Source: an uncultured Bacilli bacterium (GTDB lineage Bacteria > Bacillota_I > Bacilli_A > RF39 > UBA660). Taken from it: 64,000 nucleotides of DNA. This document shows, piece after piece, positions 1 to 9,921 of the stretch (within the stretch, counting starts at the first letter, position 1; every line of letters begins with the position of its first letter). The notes below the pieces were generated by a model. The model saw nothing but the letters and a program-made list of their open reading frames with translations, was not told the origin of the DNA and did no database searches. The position numbers and the translations under genes are program-made. The stretch is from the NCBI GenBank assembly GCA_944331935.1, contig CALVIV010000002.1:770-64769 (forward strand). The letters run 5' to 3'.

Positions 1-857
1 TTACTACTTTTAGGTATTCTTCCATATTTTAATGGTCTATCTGTTACTTCTATAATAGTTAAGTTATGTTTTATTGCAAATTTAATTGCTTCTTCTATTG
101 TATCAGTGGCTTTCTCTACAACATAATACAAAAATAAATATTCTGTTTCTTTTGGTTTTCTTACATATTTACTCCAAAAGCCCTCATTATGTAATAGAAC
201 TGGATCTAGTACTACAGTTGCTTTCTTATTAGAATTTTCTTCAATATATCTTTTTAAACTTTCTTCTCTTACCGAAATATAATCTATATCATTAATATAA
301 TTAAAGAATTCTTTCGTTTCTTCTTCAGTCTTTGCAAAATTAACTCCTCTACTTGCAGCATAAGATATTTTTAATTTATTTTCCATACAAGTACTTCCAA
401 GAAAGAAGCCTCTATCAAAACCTTCATGAGGTTCATTTTTCCATATAACATCTGTTACACAAATATAGCAGTCATAATCTAAAGACTCTACTTCTAAAGA
501 AGCAGAGTTATAACATTTTTCTGTTTTTATATAATTATTATCAATAAAGTCTTGAAATTTATTATATCTTATTTCTCTTTCTTTATATATTTTTTTAAAA
601 GCTTTTTTCTTTTGTTCATAATCCTTTATTTTATTTATTTTCAAAGGATTAGCTTTCTTTAAAGTTTTTAAACAGTTTTTATAATAAGTATAAGGGTGTT
701 TCATATCAAAGCCATTAAAATAAATAGGTTGGTAATTAATTACTGTATTATTATACCCTTTCTTTAATAAGAATTGTTGAAATGCAAAGGTGTGGAGAGG
801 GCAAGCAAAGTTTAAGTACTTTGAATACATATTAATAGAAATAATGCCAATTTTCAT
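1..857 (-). CDS. polysaccharide pyruvyl transferase-like protein (3' end runs off the window)
   Basis: Own translation from ATG at 857-855: MKIGIISINMYSKYLNFACPLHTFAFQQFLLKKGY... The frame stays open to position 1, so it is absent from the ORF track (no stop in window). The N-terminal pattern resembles pyruvyl transferases. Confidence 0.45.
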   Translation of the reverse strand, partial: MKIGIISINMYSKYLNFACPLHTFAFQQFLLKKGYNNTVINYQPIYFNGFDMKHPYTYYKNCLKTLKKANPLKINKIKDYEQKKKAFKKIYKEREIRYNKFQDFIDNNYIKTEKCYNSASLEVESLDYDCYICVTDVIWKNEPHEGFDRGFFLGSTCMENKLKISYAASRGVNFAKTEEETKEFFNYINDIDYISVREESLKRYIEENSNKKATVVLDPVLLHNEGFWSKYVRKPKETEYLFLYYVVEKATDTIEEAIKFAIKHNLTIIEVTDRPLKYGRIPKSS

Positions 858-873
858 AGTTTTTTCTTCTTTC

Positions 874-2076
874 TTATTTCAATATAAATGGATTAGATTC
901 ACTACCACTACCTGATTTAATCATAACATTGTTATTTAACATAATGGTTGGTCTTACCTTTTTATAACCAGCAGCATTAGTTTCATATAAATAGCCACTA
1001 CTTCTAACAGAATATACTTCATAACTATTTAGAGAACTTCCTGTTACTAGCCACCAATCTGTACCACTTAGTTTTAAATAATTATAATTTTGACAACTCT
1101 TATCTGTAGTCGCTTTACAATTAGCATCTAATGATGCATTTAGATAATCACTAGCAGTTAAAAGTCCAATCATTTGATTTTCTAAAACGTCAGTACATTC
1201 TATACTATTGTTATTAGTTGTATCAGCAGGATTTCTTTTACCAATACATAAATTAAATGTAGATAGTTTTTCTTTATCATTACTACTTAACAATCTATAA
1301 TCTTGTTTATTATTATATAAATCATCTAGATATTGATACATTCTACTAATTCTATAATCATTAAACCCACTATTAGATAATCTATCTTGATTATATCTAT
1401 CATCAAAGTAAGTAGACATATTAGATTCCATTTCATTTAATATTAAGAGAAGTTTATTATCAGAGGTTACTTTAACTATTCTAAATAAAGCATTATCTAA
1501 TTGTACATAGTTATTAACATTATCTCCTCTATATACTTTTTCTCCATTTAAATCATATAAACCATTACCACTTGTAACAATACCTTGTTCTAATACGGCT
1601 TTATATAACTCTTTAGTAGTATATTTATCACCACAGTCTAAGTATGGTGTATAGATTATATTATCTCCTACTTTAGTAACTTCTACTCTACCACTACAGC
1701 TTTCTCCTTTTCTTAATTCACTTAATGGTTTCATGAGTTCAGCATCTGCTAGTGTACTGGCTTTTACAGTAACAGTTTCTCCTTCTTCTTGTGGTAACAA
1801 TCCGCTTTGAACTTTATAATACTCTATAGCCGCATTTTTTAAATCTTCTTCAATCTCTTCATAAGTCTTATTACCACCAGTTACTAAAGAAAATATTAAA
1901 ATAATAATTAATAGTAAAACAAGAACTCCTACTACTATTAGCATCATTCTCATTAGTTTTTTCTTTATCTCTTTATTATCTTTAACTGGTTTAGGATTTT
2001 GTGGTTGATTATTATTAGTATTACTAATTACTTCTTTACCTTTATTTTCATTCATAGTAAACACACTCTCTTTCAA
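874..2076 (-). CDS. membrane-anchored hypothetical protein
   Basis: ORF track. Polar N-tail, one TM helix (MMLIVVGVLVLLLIIILIFSLV), then a large extracytoplasmic part. No family recognised with confidence. Confidence 0.6.
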   Translation of the reverse strand: MKESVFTMNENKGKEVISNTNNNQPQNPKPVKDNKEIKKKLMRMMLIVVGVLVLLLIIILIFSLVTGGNKTYEEIEEDLKNAAIEYYKVQSGLLPQEEGETVTVKASTLADAELMKPLSELRKGESCSGRVEVTKVGDNIIYTPYLDCGDKYTTKELYKAVLEQGIVTSGNGLYDLNGEKVYRGDNVNNYVQLDNALFRIVKVTSDNKLLLILNEMESNMSTYFDDRYNQDRLSNSGFNDYRISRMYQYLDDLYNNKQDYRLLSSNDKEKLSTFNLCIGKRNPADTTNNNSIECTDVLENQMIGLLTASDYLNASLDANCKATTDKSCQNYNYLKLSGTDWWLVTGSSLNSYEVYSVRSSGYLYETNAAGYKKVRPTIMLNNNVMIKSGSGSESNPFILK

Positions 2077-2110
2077 GTTAAGTAAATTGTAGCATTTTTT
2101 TAGAAATATT

Positions 2111-2680
2111 TCAATCAGTAGTATTTTCTTCTAAGAATTTTAAAGTATCATAGCCCATTTTATTTATAACTTTATTCTTTTCTTTTAAATGTTTTATTTG
2201 ATTATTTAGACACAAAATAATTGCTTTATCAATGTTTTGGTATGCTAGAAGTCTTTCTTCTTCTATACCAGGATAGTCTTTTCCTTTTTCTATTTTATCT
2301 GCTAAATAAACAATCTTAGCAAGTAAATCCATATTAGGATAACCTGTTGTATGATACTTAATCGCTAAGGTCATATCTTCTGTAAAGTTATATTTTTCTT
2401 TAACTAAAATAGAGGCGATAACCCCATGAATAATATTTTTATTTTCAGGATTTAATAACTCTTTAGAAAGATTATACTTCTTTATAAACTCTTCATTTTC
2501 CTTATCTCTTAACTCTTTACACATATCATGAGTTAGACCGCATAATTTACATTTTTCGACATTGCAATGATAATGTCGAGCTAACTTTTCAGCTTCTTCC
2601 ATAACTCTAAGAGAATGATTATATCTATAATCCGATAAATTACTTCTTACATCTTTTTTTATTTCTTCTATATTCCACAT
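2111..2680 (-). CDS. yqeK: HD-domain phosphohydrolase, YqeK type
   Basis: 189 aa with HSLRV...GLTHDMCKE...KYHTTG...YLADKIE, typical of YqeK-type HD proteins. Confidence 0.7.
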   Translation of the reverse strand: MWNIEEIKKDVRSNLSDYRYNHSLRVMEEAEKLARHYHCNVEKCKLCGLTHDMCKELRDKENEEFIKKYNLSKELLNPENKNIIHGVIASILVKEKYNFTEDMTLAIKYHTTGYPNMDLLAKIVYLADKIEKGKDYPGIEEERLLAYQNIDKAIILCLNNQIKHLKEKNKVINKMGYDTLKFLEENTTD

Positions 2681-2698
2681 ACTATCACTTCAATAATA

Positions 2699-3955
2699 TT
2701 ATGCCATATTTATCTCTTTAGGTAAAGTAACTATTACTCTTGTTCCTTCTCCTTTTACTGAATTATACACAATAGTCCCATTATGTTGTTCTATTATCTC
2801 TTTAGAGAGACTAACACCTAGGCCACTACCACGTCTTTTAGTTGTAAAAAACATCTCACTTACATTATTTAGAGTATCCTTATCCATCCCTACTCCATTA
2901 TCTTCAATTATTATTTTCATAAACTCATTATCACTTTCTAAACTTATTTTTATTATATTTTCTTTTTTACTACTATCTTTCGCTTCAATAGCATTTTTTA
3001 AAAGATTAATAAAGACTTGTTTTAATCTATTATAGTCTGCTTCTATATAGATATCTTCATCAGGAATATTAAATTCTGCTTTTATACCGTTCTTTTTAAA
3101 TAAATCTTCTAAATAGTCCTCTAAATCTTCAAGTAACATAATAAGGTCCATATCTTCTTTTTCTATTTTTATCTTAGTATAGTCTAAGAAGTCATCCATT
3201 AAGACTAAAGTTCTGGTTATTTCATCTTTAATAATAGGAATATACTTTCTTACCTTTTTCTTATCATTAATATCTATCATATCAAGATATCCTTTACATA
3301 CTGCGATAGGATTTTTTATTTCATGAGTTACTTTAAATAAAGAGCATCTTAAGTCCTTTTCTTTTTCTATATTTTGTAAATCATTATGTAACTCTACTAT
3401 TTTCTCTCCTTTTGCAAATATTGATATGATTATATTAGTTACAAAGTATAAAGTTATTATAATAGTAAAGATATAAAATAAATTAGATGAGTAACTTCGT
3501 TCTGGACTAATAAACCAGAAAACTTCTAAAGATAACATGAAACTCTTAATGATGATAAAATAGTTAACTACATTAATAGGCTTTAGTTTCTTTTTTGTAA
3601 ATAGAGAATATACTATTAAATAACTACTATATTCTAAAGCTAGGAATAAAGGATTGATACCTAGGAATAGTGTTTCATAAATAATTAGTATTAATGATAT
3701 AAAGACTGCTAAAGACATTTTTCTTTTGTAATAACAAATAAGTAATGGAATATCAAATAAAATAATAGGATAATCATTATAACAACAAGTTCCATATCTT
3801 AAGACAAAATATAGTGATGAGATGATTGCTATTTCAAAGCCTAAGTCCTTTTCATCACAAGATAGATTCTTTTTATAAATTGTATATAATAGATATAATG
3901 CTAATGGACAAGGTAGTAAAATAATACTTTCAATTATAACTTCAATATACGACAT
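2699..3955 (-). CDS. orphan sensor histidine kinase (sporulation-kinase-like)
   Basis: Multi-TM N-terminus. H-box THEIKNPIAVCKGYLDM, N-box LLKNAIEA, G-boxes DNGVGM and GSGLGVSL. No adjacent response regulator. Confidence 0.85.
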   Translation of the reverse strand: MSYIEVIIESIILLPCPLALYLLYTIYKKNLSCDEKDLGFEIAIISSLYFVLRYGTCCYNDYPIILFDIPLLICYYKRKMSLAVFISLILIIYETLFLGINPLFLALEYSSYLIVYSLFTKKKLKPINVVNYFIIIKSFMLSLEVFWFISPERSYSSNLFYIFTIIITLYFVTNIIISIFAKGEKIVELHNDLQNIEKEKDLRCSLFKVTHEIKNPIAVCKGYLDMIDINDKKKVRKYIPIIKDEITRTLVLMDDFLDYTKIKIEKEDMDLIMLLEDLEDYLEDLFKKNGIKAEFNIPDEDIYIEADYNRLKQVFINLLKNAIEAKDSSKKENIIKISLESDNEFMKIIIEDNGVGMDKDTLNNVSEMFFTTKRRGSGLGVSLSKEIIEQHNGTIVYNSVKGEGTRVIVTLPKEINMA

Positions 3956-4044
3956 ATTTCTCCCTCTTTCTAAAATAAGTATATGTTATAGTTTTGTAGA
4001 AATTTGTCGAAAAATGGAGTAAAAAAGAAAAAATAGAGAAAACT

Positions 4045-4374
4045 CTATTTTAGTTCATCAATATATTTTTTTAATTGTTTAGATTCAGGTCCTAAGATAA
4101 TCTTTAATTGATTATTAATCTCAACTATACCTTTAGCACCTAGCTTTTGAATCGATTCTTTATCAACTTTAGAAGTATCTTTCAAAGTTACAATAAATCT
4201 AGATAATTTAGATTCTGTACTGATAATATTATCTTTTCCACCAAGATATTCTACTAGTTTATTTAAATCAATATTAGCATCTTTCTTATTAGCTTTTAGA
4301 ACTGCTAGTAAAATAATTAATATTACTACAATAATTATAATATATTGTATATCTAATAAATTCATCTTTATCAC
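4045..4374 (-). CDS. membrane-anchored PTS EIIB-like domain protein
   Basis: N-terminal TM helix. LVEYLGGKDNIISTES..RFIVTLKD..LGAKGIV resembles the EIIB(Glc) fold, but the usual catalytic Cys is absent. Confidence 0.45.
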   Translation of the reverse strand: MIKMNLLDIQYIIIIVVILIILLAVLKANKKDANIDLNKLVEYLGGKDNIISTESKLSRFIVTLKDTSKVDKESIQKLGAKGIVEINNQLKIILGPESKQLKKYIDELK

Positions 4375-4430
4375 CTATAACAATTATACTCTATTAGTAA
4401 AAAAAATAAAAGTGTAAATTATAAGAGTAA

Positions 4431-4498
4431 GTCTCATAAACTAATAATAGAAGTTATAGGTTATTAACTACACAAAATAAAAATAGTCTCATAACCTA
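4431..4498 (+). promoter_or_regulatory. two tandem sigmaK-type -10-like boxes upstream of the coat-protein genes
   Basis: GTCTCATAAACTA (4431-4443) and GTCTCATAACCTA (4486-4498). Both contain CATAnnnTA. Confidence 0.3.
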
Positions 4499-4530
4499 TA
4501 TTAGATAATAGATAAGAGGTGGTGTAAACA

Positions 4531-4935
4531 GTGAATAATAAAGATACTTGTTGTTTAGGTAAGCTATTAAAGGTTATTGATATATTACAAAGAAATGCCG
4601 GAGGTAGTGATTGCTTTGATGAGTCTTGTACTAGACCTTATTTAGGAAGTAGTCCTAATATTATTTGTTTTAATACAAGACCAGTTACTTTCTATACTAG
4701 GAATGGTAATATCTTTAGTACTACTTATACATTAAATGGAACTACTAATACTTCATCTGTTTTTAGAGTGGAGTCAGTAGATGATTGCTGTGTTAAATGT
4801 CGTATCTTAAGACCTAATCCTGATACTACTGATATAAATAGAACATATCTTGCTACTAATGAGTTTATAACTATTAATTTAGATTGTATCTGTGTTGTTA
4901 GTTGTTTAGATGATATTATTATTGATAATTTATAA
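4531..4935 (+). CDS. Cys-rich spore coat protein, CotY/CotZ-like
   Basis: GTG start after SD AGAGGTGG. Cys pattern and FRVESVDDCCVKCRIL...ITINLDCICVVSCL resemble Bacillus CotZ/CotY. Confidence 0.6.
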   Translation: MNNKDTCCLGKLLKVIDILQRNAGGSDCFDESCTRPYLGSSPNIICFNTRPVTFYTRNGNIFSTTYTLNGTTNTSSVFRVESVDDCCVKCRILRPNPDTTDINRTYLATNEFITINLDCICVVSCLDDIIIDNL

Positions 4936-4949
4936 AAGGAGGATAATTT

Positions 4950-5348
4950 ATGTGTGATGATAAAAGTTGCTTAACATCCATATTAGAGACTATTCTTTGC
5001 TTACAAAATGCTAAAGATGACGACTGTGAAGTCCTAGGATGTGATAAGCCTTATTTAGGTCCTACTCCTAGTTTAGTGTGCTATAACACAAGACCAATAA
5101 ACTTATATAATTGTACAACTGGGGAACTATGGTCTTTTCCTTATACTCTTGGAACAGTTAATGGTACTTCTTCTATCTTTAGACTTGAAAACCTAGAAGG
5201 TAATTGTTGTACTTGTAGAGTTTTAGCACAGAATCCTGATACTAGTAGTAGTGAACCTTATGTTTTAACTAGTACATTCTTTACTATTAATCTAGATTGC
5301 GTCTCTGCTATTAGATGTTTACCTGATGTCTTTATAAGTGGTGTTTAA
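4950..5348 (+). CDS. Cys-rich spore coat protein, CotY/CotZ-like (paralogue)
   Basis: SD AAGGAGG. Colinear with the previous ORF (PYLG..C.NTRP..FR.E....CC.CR.L..NPDT...TINLDC...CL). Confidence 0.6.
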   Translation: MCDDKSCLTSILETILCLQNAKDDDCEVLGCDKPYLGPTPSLVCYNTRPINLYNCTTGELWSFPYTLGTVNGTSSIFRLENLEGNCCTCRVLAQNPDTSSSEPYVLTSTFFTINLDCVSAIRCLPDVFISGV

Positions 5349-5367
5349 TAAAAAAATAAGTCCATCT

Positions 5368-5694
5368 TTATTCTGATGGGCTTTTTATTTCTAGTGAAGT
5401 AATTGTCGATATAGGAATTACTTCATTATCTAATGTTATGATAGAATCATTTCTTTTTAAGGCTAGATAGGTATTAACGGTTTTATTAGAGAAAGTAATT
5501 TCGACAGGAATATTAAAAGCATAGCCTTTAGTCTTAAATATTTTATTTATTTTCTCTTCTATTGATAAGTTATTATCAATAGTTTTTTTAATTTCTTTAG
5601 GTTTTATTTTATTAGTTACTTTCTCATAATAATATTTTTGATTAGTATCTTTTATATTATTACTCACTTTAAAAATTGGTGGTAATTGTTTCAT
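5368..5694 (-). CDS. hypothetical protein
   Basis: ORF track; SD GGAGGG upstream of the ATG. Confidence 0.5.
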   Translation of the reverse strand: MKQLPPIFKVSNNIKDTNQKYYYEKVTNKIKPKEIKKTIDNNLSIEEKINKIFKTKGYAFNIPVEITFSNKTVNTYLALKRNDSIITLDNEVIPISTITSLEIKSPSE

Positions 5695-5767
5695 AGTTTT
5701 CCCTCCTGTTACATTTTATGTATTTTATATAATAAAATGTACTATTTTTTGATATAATAGTAATGAC

Positions 5768-6919
5768 TTGATAAGAAAGGACGTGATAGATTTGCGAAAA
5801 AGGCAGAAAATTGATTTAACTATTGTTATACCTATTGTCTTGTTTTTTATTATAAGTATTACTACTATATATAGTGCGATGACTTATCTTTCTCCTGATA
5901 ATGGGAACTTGGCTTTAAAACAAGCGATATGGTATTTAGTAGGAGTTGTTATAATTGTAATACTTTTTAAACTTAAAAATGATTATCTTTATAGGAATGC
6001 TTGGTTTTTCTATATTATAGGAAATATTTTACTAGTATCTCTATTACTCTTTGCACCGTCTATAAATAATAGTAAGTGTTGGTTTGTTATTCCTTATATT
6101 GGTAGTTTCCAGCCAAGTGAGTTTATGAAGATTTTTATTATGTTAGTCCTTGCTGTGATGATATCTAATTTTAGAGAGACAACAGACCATCCTAGTATTA
6201 AAGAAGAGTTTATCTTTATTATAAAGACTTTAATAGTTGTGTTAATTCCTAGTGTTTTAACATTCTTAGAGCCTGATACTGGTTCTGTTATGATTTATTT
6301 TATAATTTATTTCTGTATGATGTTTACATCAGGAATTAGGCTTAGATGGTTTGTTATTTTAGGAGTTATAATTGCTATTATGCTAAGTTTAGTGTTAGGA
6401 TGTTATTTCTTAAATGAAGATTTATTTGTAAGTATCTTTGGTACTGATTTATATTATAGATTTGATAGAATATTGGATTGGCAAAATGGTAGTGGATTAC
6501 AACTTGAAAATGCCCTAGCGGCGATTGGTTCTGCAGGAGTGTTTGGACATGGATTTAATCAGACACCAATATATTTTCCAGAGTCTGGTACTGACTTTAT
6601 CTTTGCTGTTTATGCTTCTAACTTTGGACTTTTAGGAGCGATAGTTTTAATTGCAATTATCATTTTCTTTGATACAAGATTAATTAATATGGCTACTAAA
6701 AAAATAGCTTCAATGGATAAATTTGTTCTAGCAGGTATTATTGGAATGCTTGTATTTCAACAAGTACAAAATATAGGAATGACAGTTGGACTTTTACCTA
6801 TTACAGGAATTACACTACCATTTATTAGTTATGGTGGTAGTAGTTTATTATCTTACTTAATATTGGTTGGTATTATTTTAAATATAGGTAATGAAAAAGA
6901 AAGAGAATATAATATTTAA
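5768..6919 (+). CDS. FtsW/RodA/SpoVE (SEDS) family protein
   Basis: About 10 TM segments and the conserved C-terminal LPITGITLPFISYGGSS motif. Confidence 0.9.
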   Translation: MIRKDVIDLRKRQKIDLTIVIPIVLFFIISITTIYSAMTYLSPDNGNLALKQAIWYLVGVVIIVILFKLKNDYLYRNAWFFYIIGNILLVSLLLFAPSINNSKCWFVIPYIGSFQPSEFMKIFIMLVLAVMISNFRETTDHPSIKEEFIFIIKTLIVVLIPSVLTFLEPDTGSVMIYFIIYFCMMFTSGIRLRWFVILGVIIAIMLSLVLGCYFLNEDLFVSIFGTDLYYRFDRILDWQNGSGLQLENALAAIGSAGVFGHGFNQTPIYFPESGTDFIFAVYASNFGLLGAIVLIAIIIFFDTRLINMATKKIASMDKFVLAGIIGMLVFQQVQNIGMTVGLLPITGITLPFISYGGSSLLSYLILVGIILNIGNEKEREYNI

Positions 6920-6979
6920 AAAGGAAGACCTATAGACTAGTCTTCTTTTTTTGGGTTCAAATATATTTTTGTCATTTAT

Positions 6980-7531
6980 CTATGATTTTAATTTTTTTAT
7001 CATTCTTTTATTAGTAGGTCTTGTAAAATCAACAATCTTATTACCATATGCTTCTTCTAAAGGAATCCATTTGACTCCCTTATTCTCATCTTCTTTAATT
7101 TTTAGTGGCTCTTTATCATTTCCTTCTAGGATGAAGACAACATCTAGATGAGTATGAGCGAAAACATATTTTCCTCTTTTTATATGACCAATAGTTGGAT
7201 AAGCTGCAATAGCATAAATAGAATTGTCTAGTACTTTTACTTTTAATCCTGTTTCTTCTAGAACTTCACGAACTGCTACTGATAGTAAATCTTCTTCTCC
7301 ATCAGCGTGGCCACCTGGATAAATCCAATTATCATATATATTATGATATACCACCAGCATTTTTGTTTTGTCTTCATTAACTACAAAAGCAGAAGCGGTA
7401 ATATGACCAAACTCATTATTTCTAGTTAAAACATCTTCAAAAGTATTAATCCATTTTAAGAAATACTCTTTATCTTTAGCTTCTATTTCATCATAAGGTA
7501 CATATTCTTCTATTTTACTTTTTAAATTCAT
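6980..7531 (-). CDS. NUDIX hydrolase
   Basis: Nudix box GGHADGEEDLLSVAVREVLEETG. Start moved to the ATG at 7531, preceded by GGAGG. Confidence 0.8.
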   Translation of the reverse strand: MNLKSKIEEYVPYDEIEAKDKEYFLKWINTFEDVLTRNNEFGHITASAFVVNEDKTKMLVVYHNIYDNWIYPGGHADGEEDLLSVAVREVLEETGLKVKVLDNSIYAIAAYPTIGHIKRGKYVFAHTHLDVVFILEGNDKEPLKIKEDENKGVKWIPLEEAYGNKIVDFTRPTNKRMIKKLKS

Positions 7532-7533
7532 TT

Positions 7534-7929
7534 TTAAACCTCCAATAATTTTATCCATCCAAGCTTTAACCATAAATTAATTTCTTCATAACTTTGTACA
7601 TTAACACTTGGCATTCTTAATATTAATATTTGAATATTTTTATTATAAACTAAATTTTGCATTAAAGCGAAAGTTAATTCAGCAAAAGTTTCCGCACCTA
7701 TATAACCATCTATTCCTTCTTTAGTTTCATTCATAACAAATAGCATATCTGCCCTTGTTATATTTTCAAAAAAATCTTTATGTATTTTAGGATATAGTTC
7801 CATAAATTTTTCTTTTTCTATTGGTCTAGGATAGTCTAATATATTAAAGCCTTTATTTTCAAAATATTTTATCCAATAGTTTATACTATCTTGAAGTTTA
7901 GCACTTCCAGAAATAACTACTTTTTTCAT
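7534..7929 (-). CDS. hypothetical protein (nucleoside 2-deoxyribosyltransferase-like impression)
   Basis: ORF track; tightly packed between the GT4 and Nudix genes. Family assignment is weak. Confidence 0.4.
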   Translation of the reverse strand: MKKVVISGSAKLQDSINYWIKYFENKGFNILDYPRPIEKEKFMELYPKIHKDFFENITRADMLFVMNETKEGIDGYIGAETFAELTFALMQNLVYNKNIQILILRMPSVNVQSYEEINLWLKLGWIKLLEV

Positions 7930-8954
7930 TTGTTTTTTCCTTTAAGTACTTCTTCATATACTTCTTTTAACTGTTTACCTACTGTCTTTATATCACAAGC
8001 TTCTGCTATCTTTCTAGCTCCTTTACTTACACTTTTTAACTCGCCATTTAAAAACATTTTTATTTTCTTTTCAAATTCCATAACATCTTTCGCTTTATAA
8101 ACATTAACTCCATCTGTTAGATAATTAAAGATTGGGATATCTCTTATTATTGTATTAGTTTCCATGGCACAGGCTTCAATAATAGGAATACCTTCAGTCT
8201 CTTCAAAAGTTGGGAATAAATATAAATCACAACCTCCTAGGGCTTCTCTTATCATTTCTTGTGGTACATGACCTGGAAACTTGATGTTAGGTAAGTCTTT
8301 GGCATCTTTTAAAGCTTTTTTAACATCACTAGTCGCGGCGGCGATAGGACTTGAACCAAACCAAATAAACTTATATTCAGGTAGACGTTTGGCAAGTTCT
8401 ACAAAGTCAACTATTCCTTTTCTTCTACTGTATATTCCTATACCTACTATTACCTTATCATCCTTTTTATAACCATATCTTTTACGAAAAGAGTTTTTAT
8501 AAGATTTATCAGGCTTAAAGAAGTCTAATTCTAAACCATTAGAGATAGCGACTATTTTCTTATCTTCTAGTCCTTTATAATGCTCTAAGATATTTTTAGA
8601 ATATTCTGTAGGTGTTACAATAATATCTCCATAGCGATAACATTTTATTATCCACCACTTAAATAATTTACTTGTTAGATGTCCAAAGATAAAACCATCA
8701 CGATAATCTTCTTCTGTTGAATGGGCATGATAAACTATTTTTATTCCTTTCTTTTTTAGTTTTCTGGCAAGAAAATATGATTTAAAAAAATATGTATTGA
8801 TATGAGCGATATCATAATTATCATTTATATCAGTAGTATAAGGAATATTCTCTAACTCTAAAGCTTTCATTTGATGCTGTATCGCTTTACCTAGACCACT
8901 TACTCCTATTACTTTTAATCCTTCTGCATATAATAAAACTTTCATCTGCTTCAC
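7926..8954 (-). CDS. GT4-family glycosyltransferase (glycolipid-synthase-like)
   Basis: N-terminal GVSGLGKA and C-terminal ETEGIPIIEACAMETNTIIRD (EX7E-type motif). Confidence 0.8.
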   Translation of the reverse strand: MKQMKVLLYAEGLKVIGVSGLGKAIQHQMKALELENIPYTTDINDNYDIAHINTYFFKSYFLARKLKKKGIKIVYHAHSTEEDYRDGFIFGHLTSKLFKWWIIKCYRYGDIIVTPTEYSKNILEHYKGLEDKKIVAISNGLELDFFKPDKSYKNSFRKRYGYKKDDKVIVGIGIYSRRKGIVDFVELAKRLPEYKFIWFGSSPIAAATSDVKKALKDAKDLPNIKFPGHVPQEMIREALGGCDLYLFPTFEETEGIPIIEACAMETNTIIRDIPIFNYLTDGVNVYKAKDVMEFEKKIKMFLNGELKSVSKGARKIAEACDIKTVGKQLKEVYEEVLKGKNK

Positions 8955-8997
8955 TCCTTGCTACAATAATAACATATATTTTTTTGCAAATAAACTA

Positions 8998-9027
8998 TTG
9001 ACAAGTGTTTTTTTACTATGATATAAT
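8998..9027 (+). promoter_or_regulatory. sigmaA-type promoter of tRNA-Ala
   Basis: TTGACA (8998-9003), 18-nt spacer, TATAAT (9022-9027), about 20 nt before the tRNA. Confidence 0.6.
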
Positions 9028-9046
9028 CGATTTGTTCTTAAGCGAT

Positions 9047-9122
9047 GGGGAATTAGCTCAGCTGGGAGAGCGTCACGTTTGCACCGTGAAGGTCAGGAGT
9101 TCGATCCTCCTATTCTCCACCA
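9047..9122 (+). tRNA. tRNA-Ala (UGC)
   Basis: Cloverleaf read by hand. Acceptor GGGGAAT/ATTCTCC with G3:U70, anticodon loop TTTGCAC, TPsiC GTTCGATCC, encoded CCA. Confidence 0.95.
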
Positions 9123-9134
9123 TATAGAATTTGT

Positions 9135-9165
9135 CCCTTGTATATCAAGGGTTTTATTATTTTTA
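9135..9165 (+). terminator. intrinsic terminator after tRNA-Ala
   Basis: CCCTTG-tatat-CAAGGG followed by a T-rich run. Confidence 0.7.
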
Positions 9166-9233
9166 GGTACGATTTAGGTACAAAAATACTGTAACAATAT
9201 TACTTGCTACAGTATTTTTATATATAAATTAAA

Positions 9234-9860
9234 TTAGGCCTTTTTACTTTGTTTCTTTTTTCTTATTACAAACCAGTAATACATTGCAACTACAAAGATT
9301 ATTACTAGTATTATTAAAATCACATTAGAGAAATTATCTAAGTAACCAACAATAGTTTCCCACTTATCTCCTACTATACTACCTACTACTATTAAAACTG
9401 TATTCCAGATTAGAGAACCTGTTATAGTATAAAGTAAAAACTTTTGCATAGGCATCTCACTCATACCAGCGGGAATAGAGATTAGACTTCTTACAATAGG
9501 GATAAATCTACAGAAGAAAACTGTTTTATTACCTTTAGTATCAAACCACTTATCAGCTTTTTCTATATCACTTGCTTTTAATCTTAATACTTTACCTATT
9601 TTACCACTTATTATTTTCTTTAATCTTTCCTTATTAAAGATTTTACCAATATAATAAAGTACTATCGCTCCAACTAGCGAACCTAATGTCGCTGCAAGTA
9701 TCATTATAGGTATATTTAAAGTGGTATAAGTAGTCATAAAACCACCAAATACTAGTATTACCTCAGATGGTATTGGTGGAAAAATATTTTCTATTGCAAT
9801 TAGAAGAAAAACTCCTAAATAACCAACTTGTTCCATTATATTAATTATTATCTGTTCCAT
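9234..9860 (-). CDS. DedA family membrane protein
   Basis: 208 aa, multi-TM, with ENIFPPIPSEVIL and FFCRFIPIVRSLISIPAG motifs. Confidence 0.85.
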   Translation of the reverse strand: MEQIIINIMEQVGYLGVFLLIAIENIFPPIPSEVILVFGGFMTTYTTLNIPIMILAATLGSLVGAIVLYYIGKIFNKERLKKIISGKIGKVLRLKASDIEKADKWFDTKGNKTVFFCRFIPIVRSLISIPAGMSEMPMQKFLLYTITGSLIWNTVLIVVGSIVGDKWETIVGYLDNFSNVILIILVIIFVVAMYYWFVIRKKKQSKKA

Positions 9861-9921
9861 ATATTTCTCCTTCTACTTTCTTTGTCTTTTTAATTATAAC
9901 ATCTATAGTAGTAATATGTCA

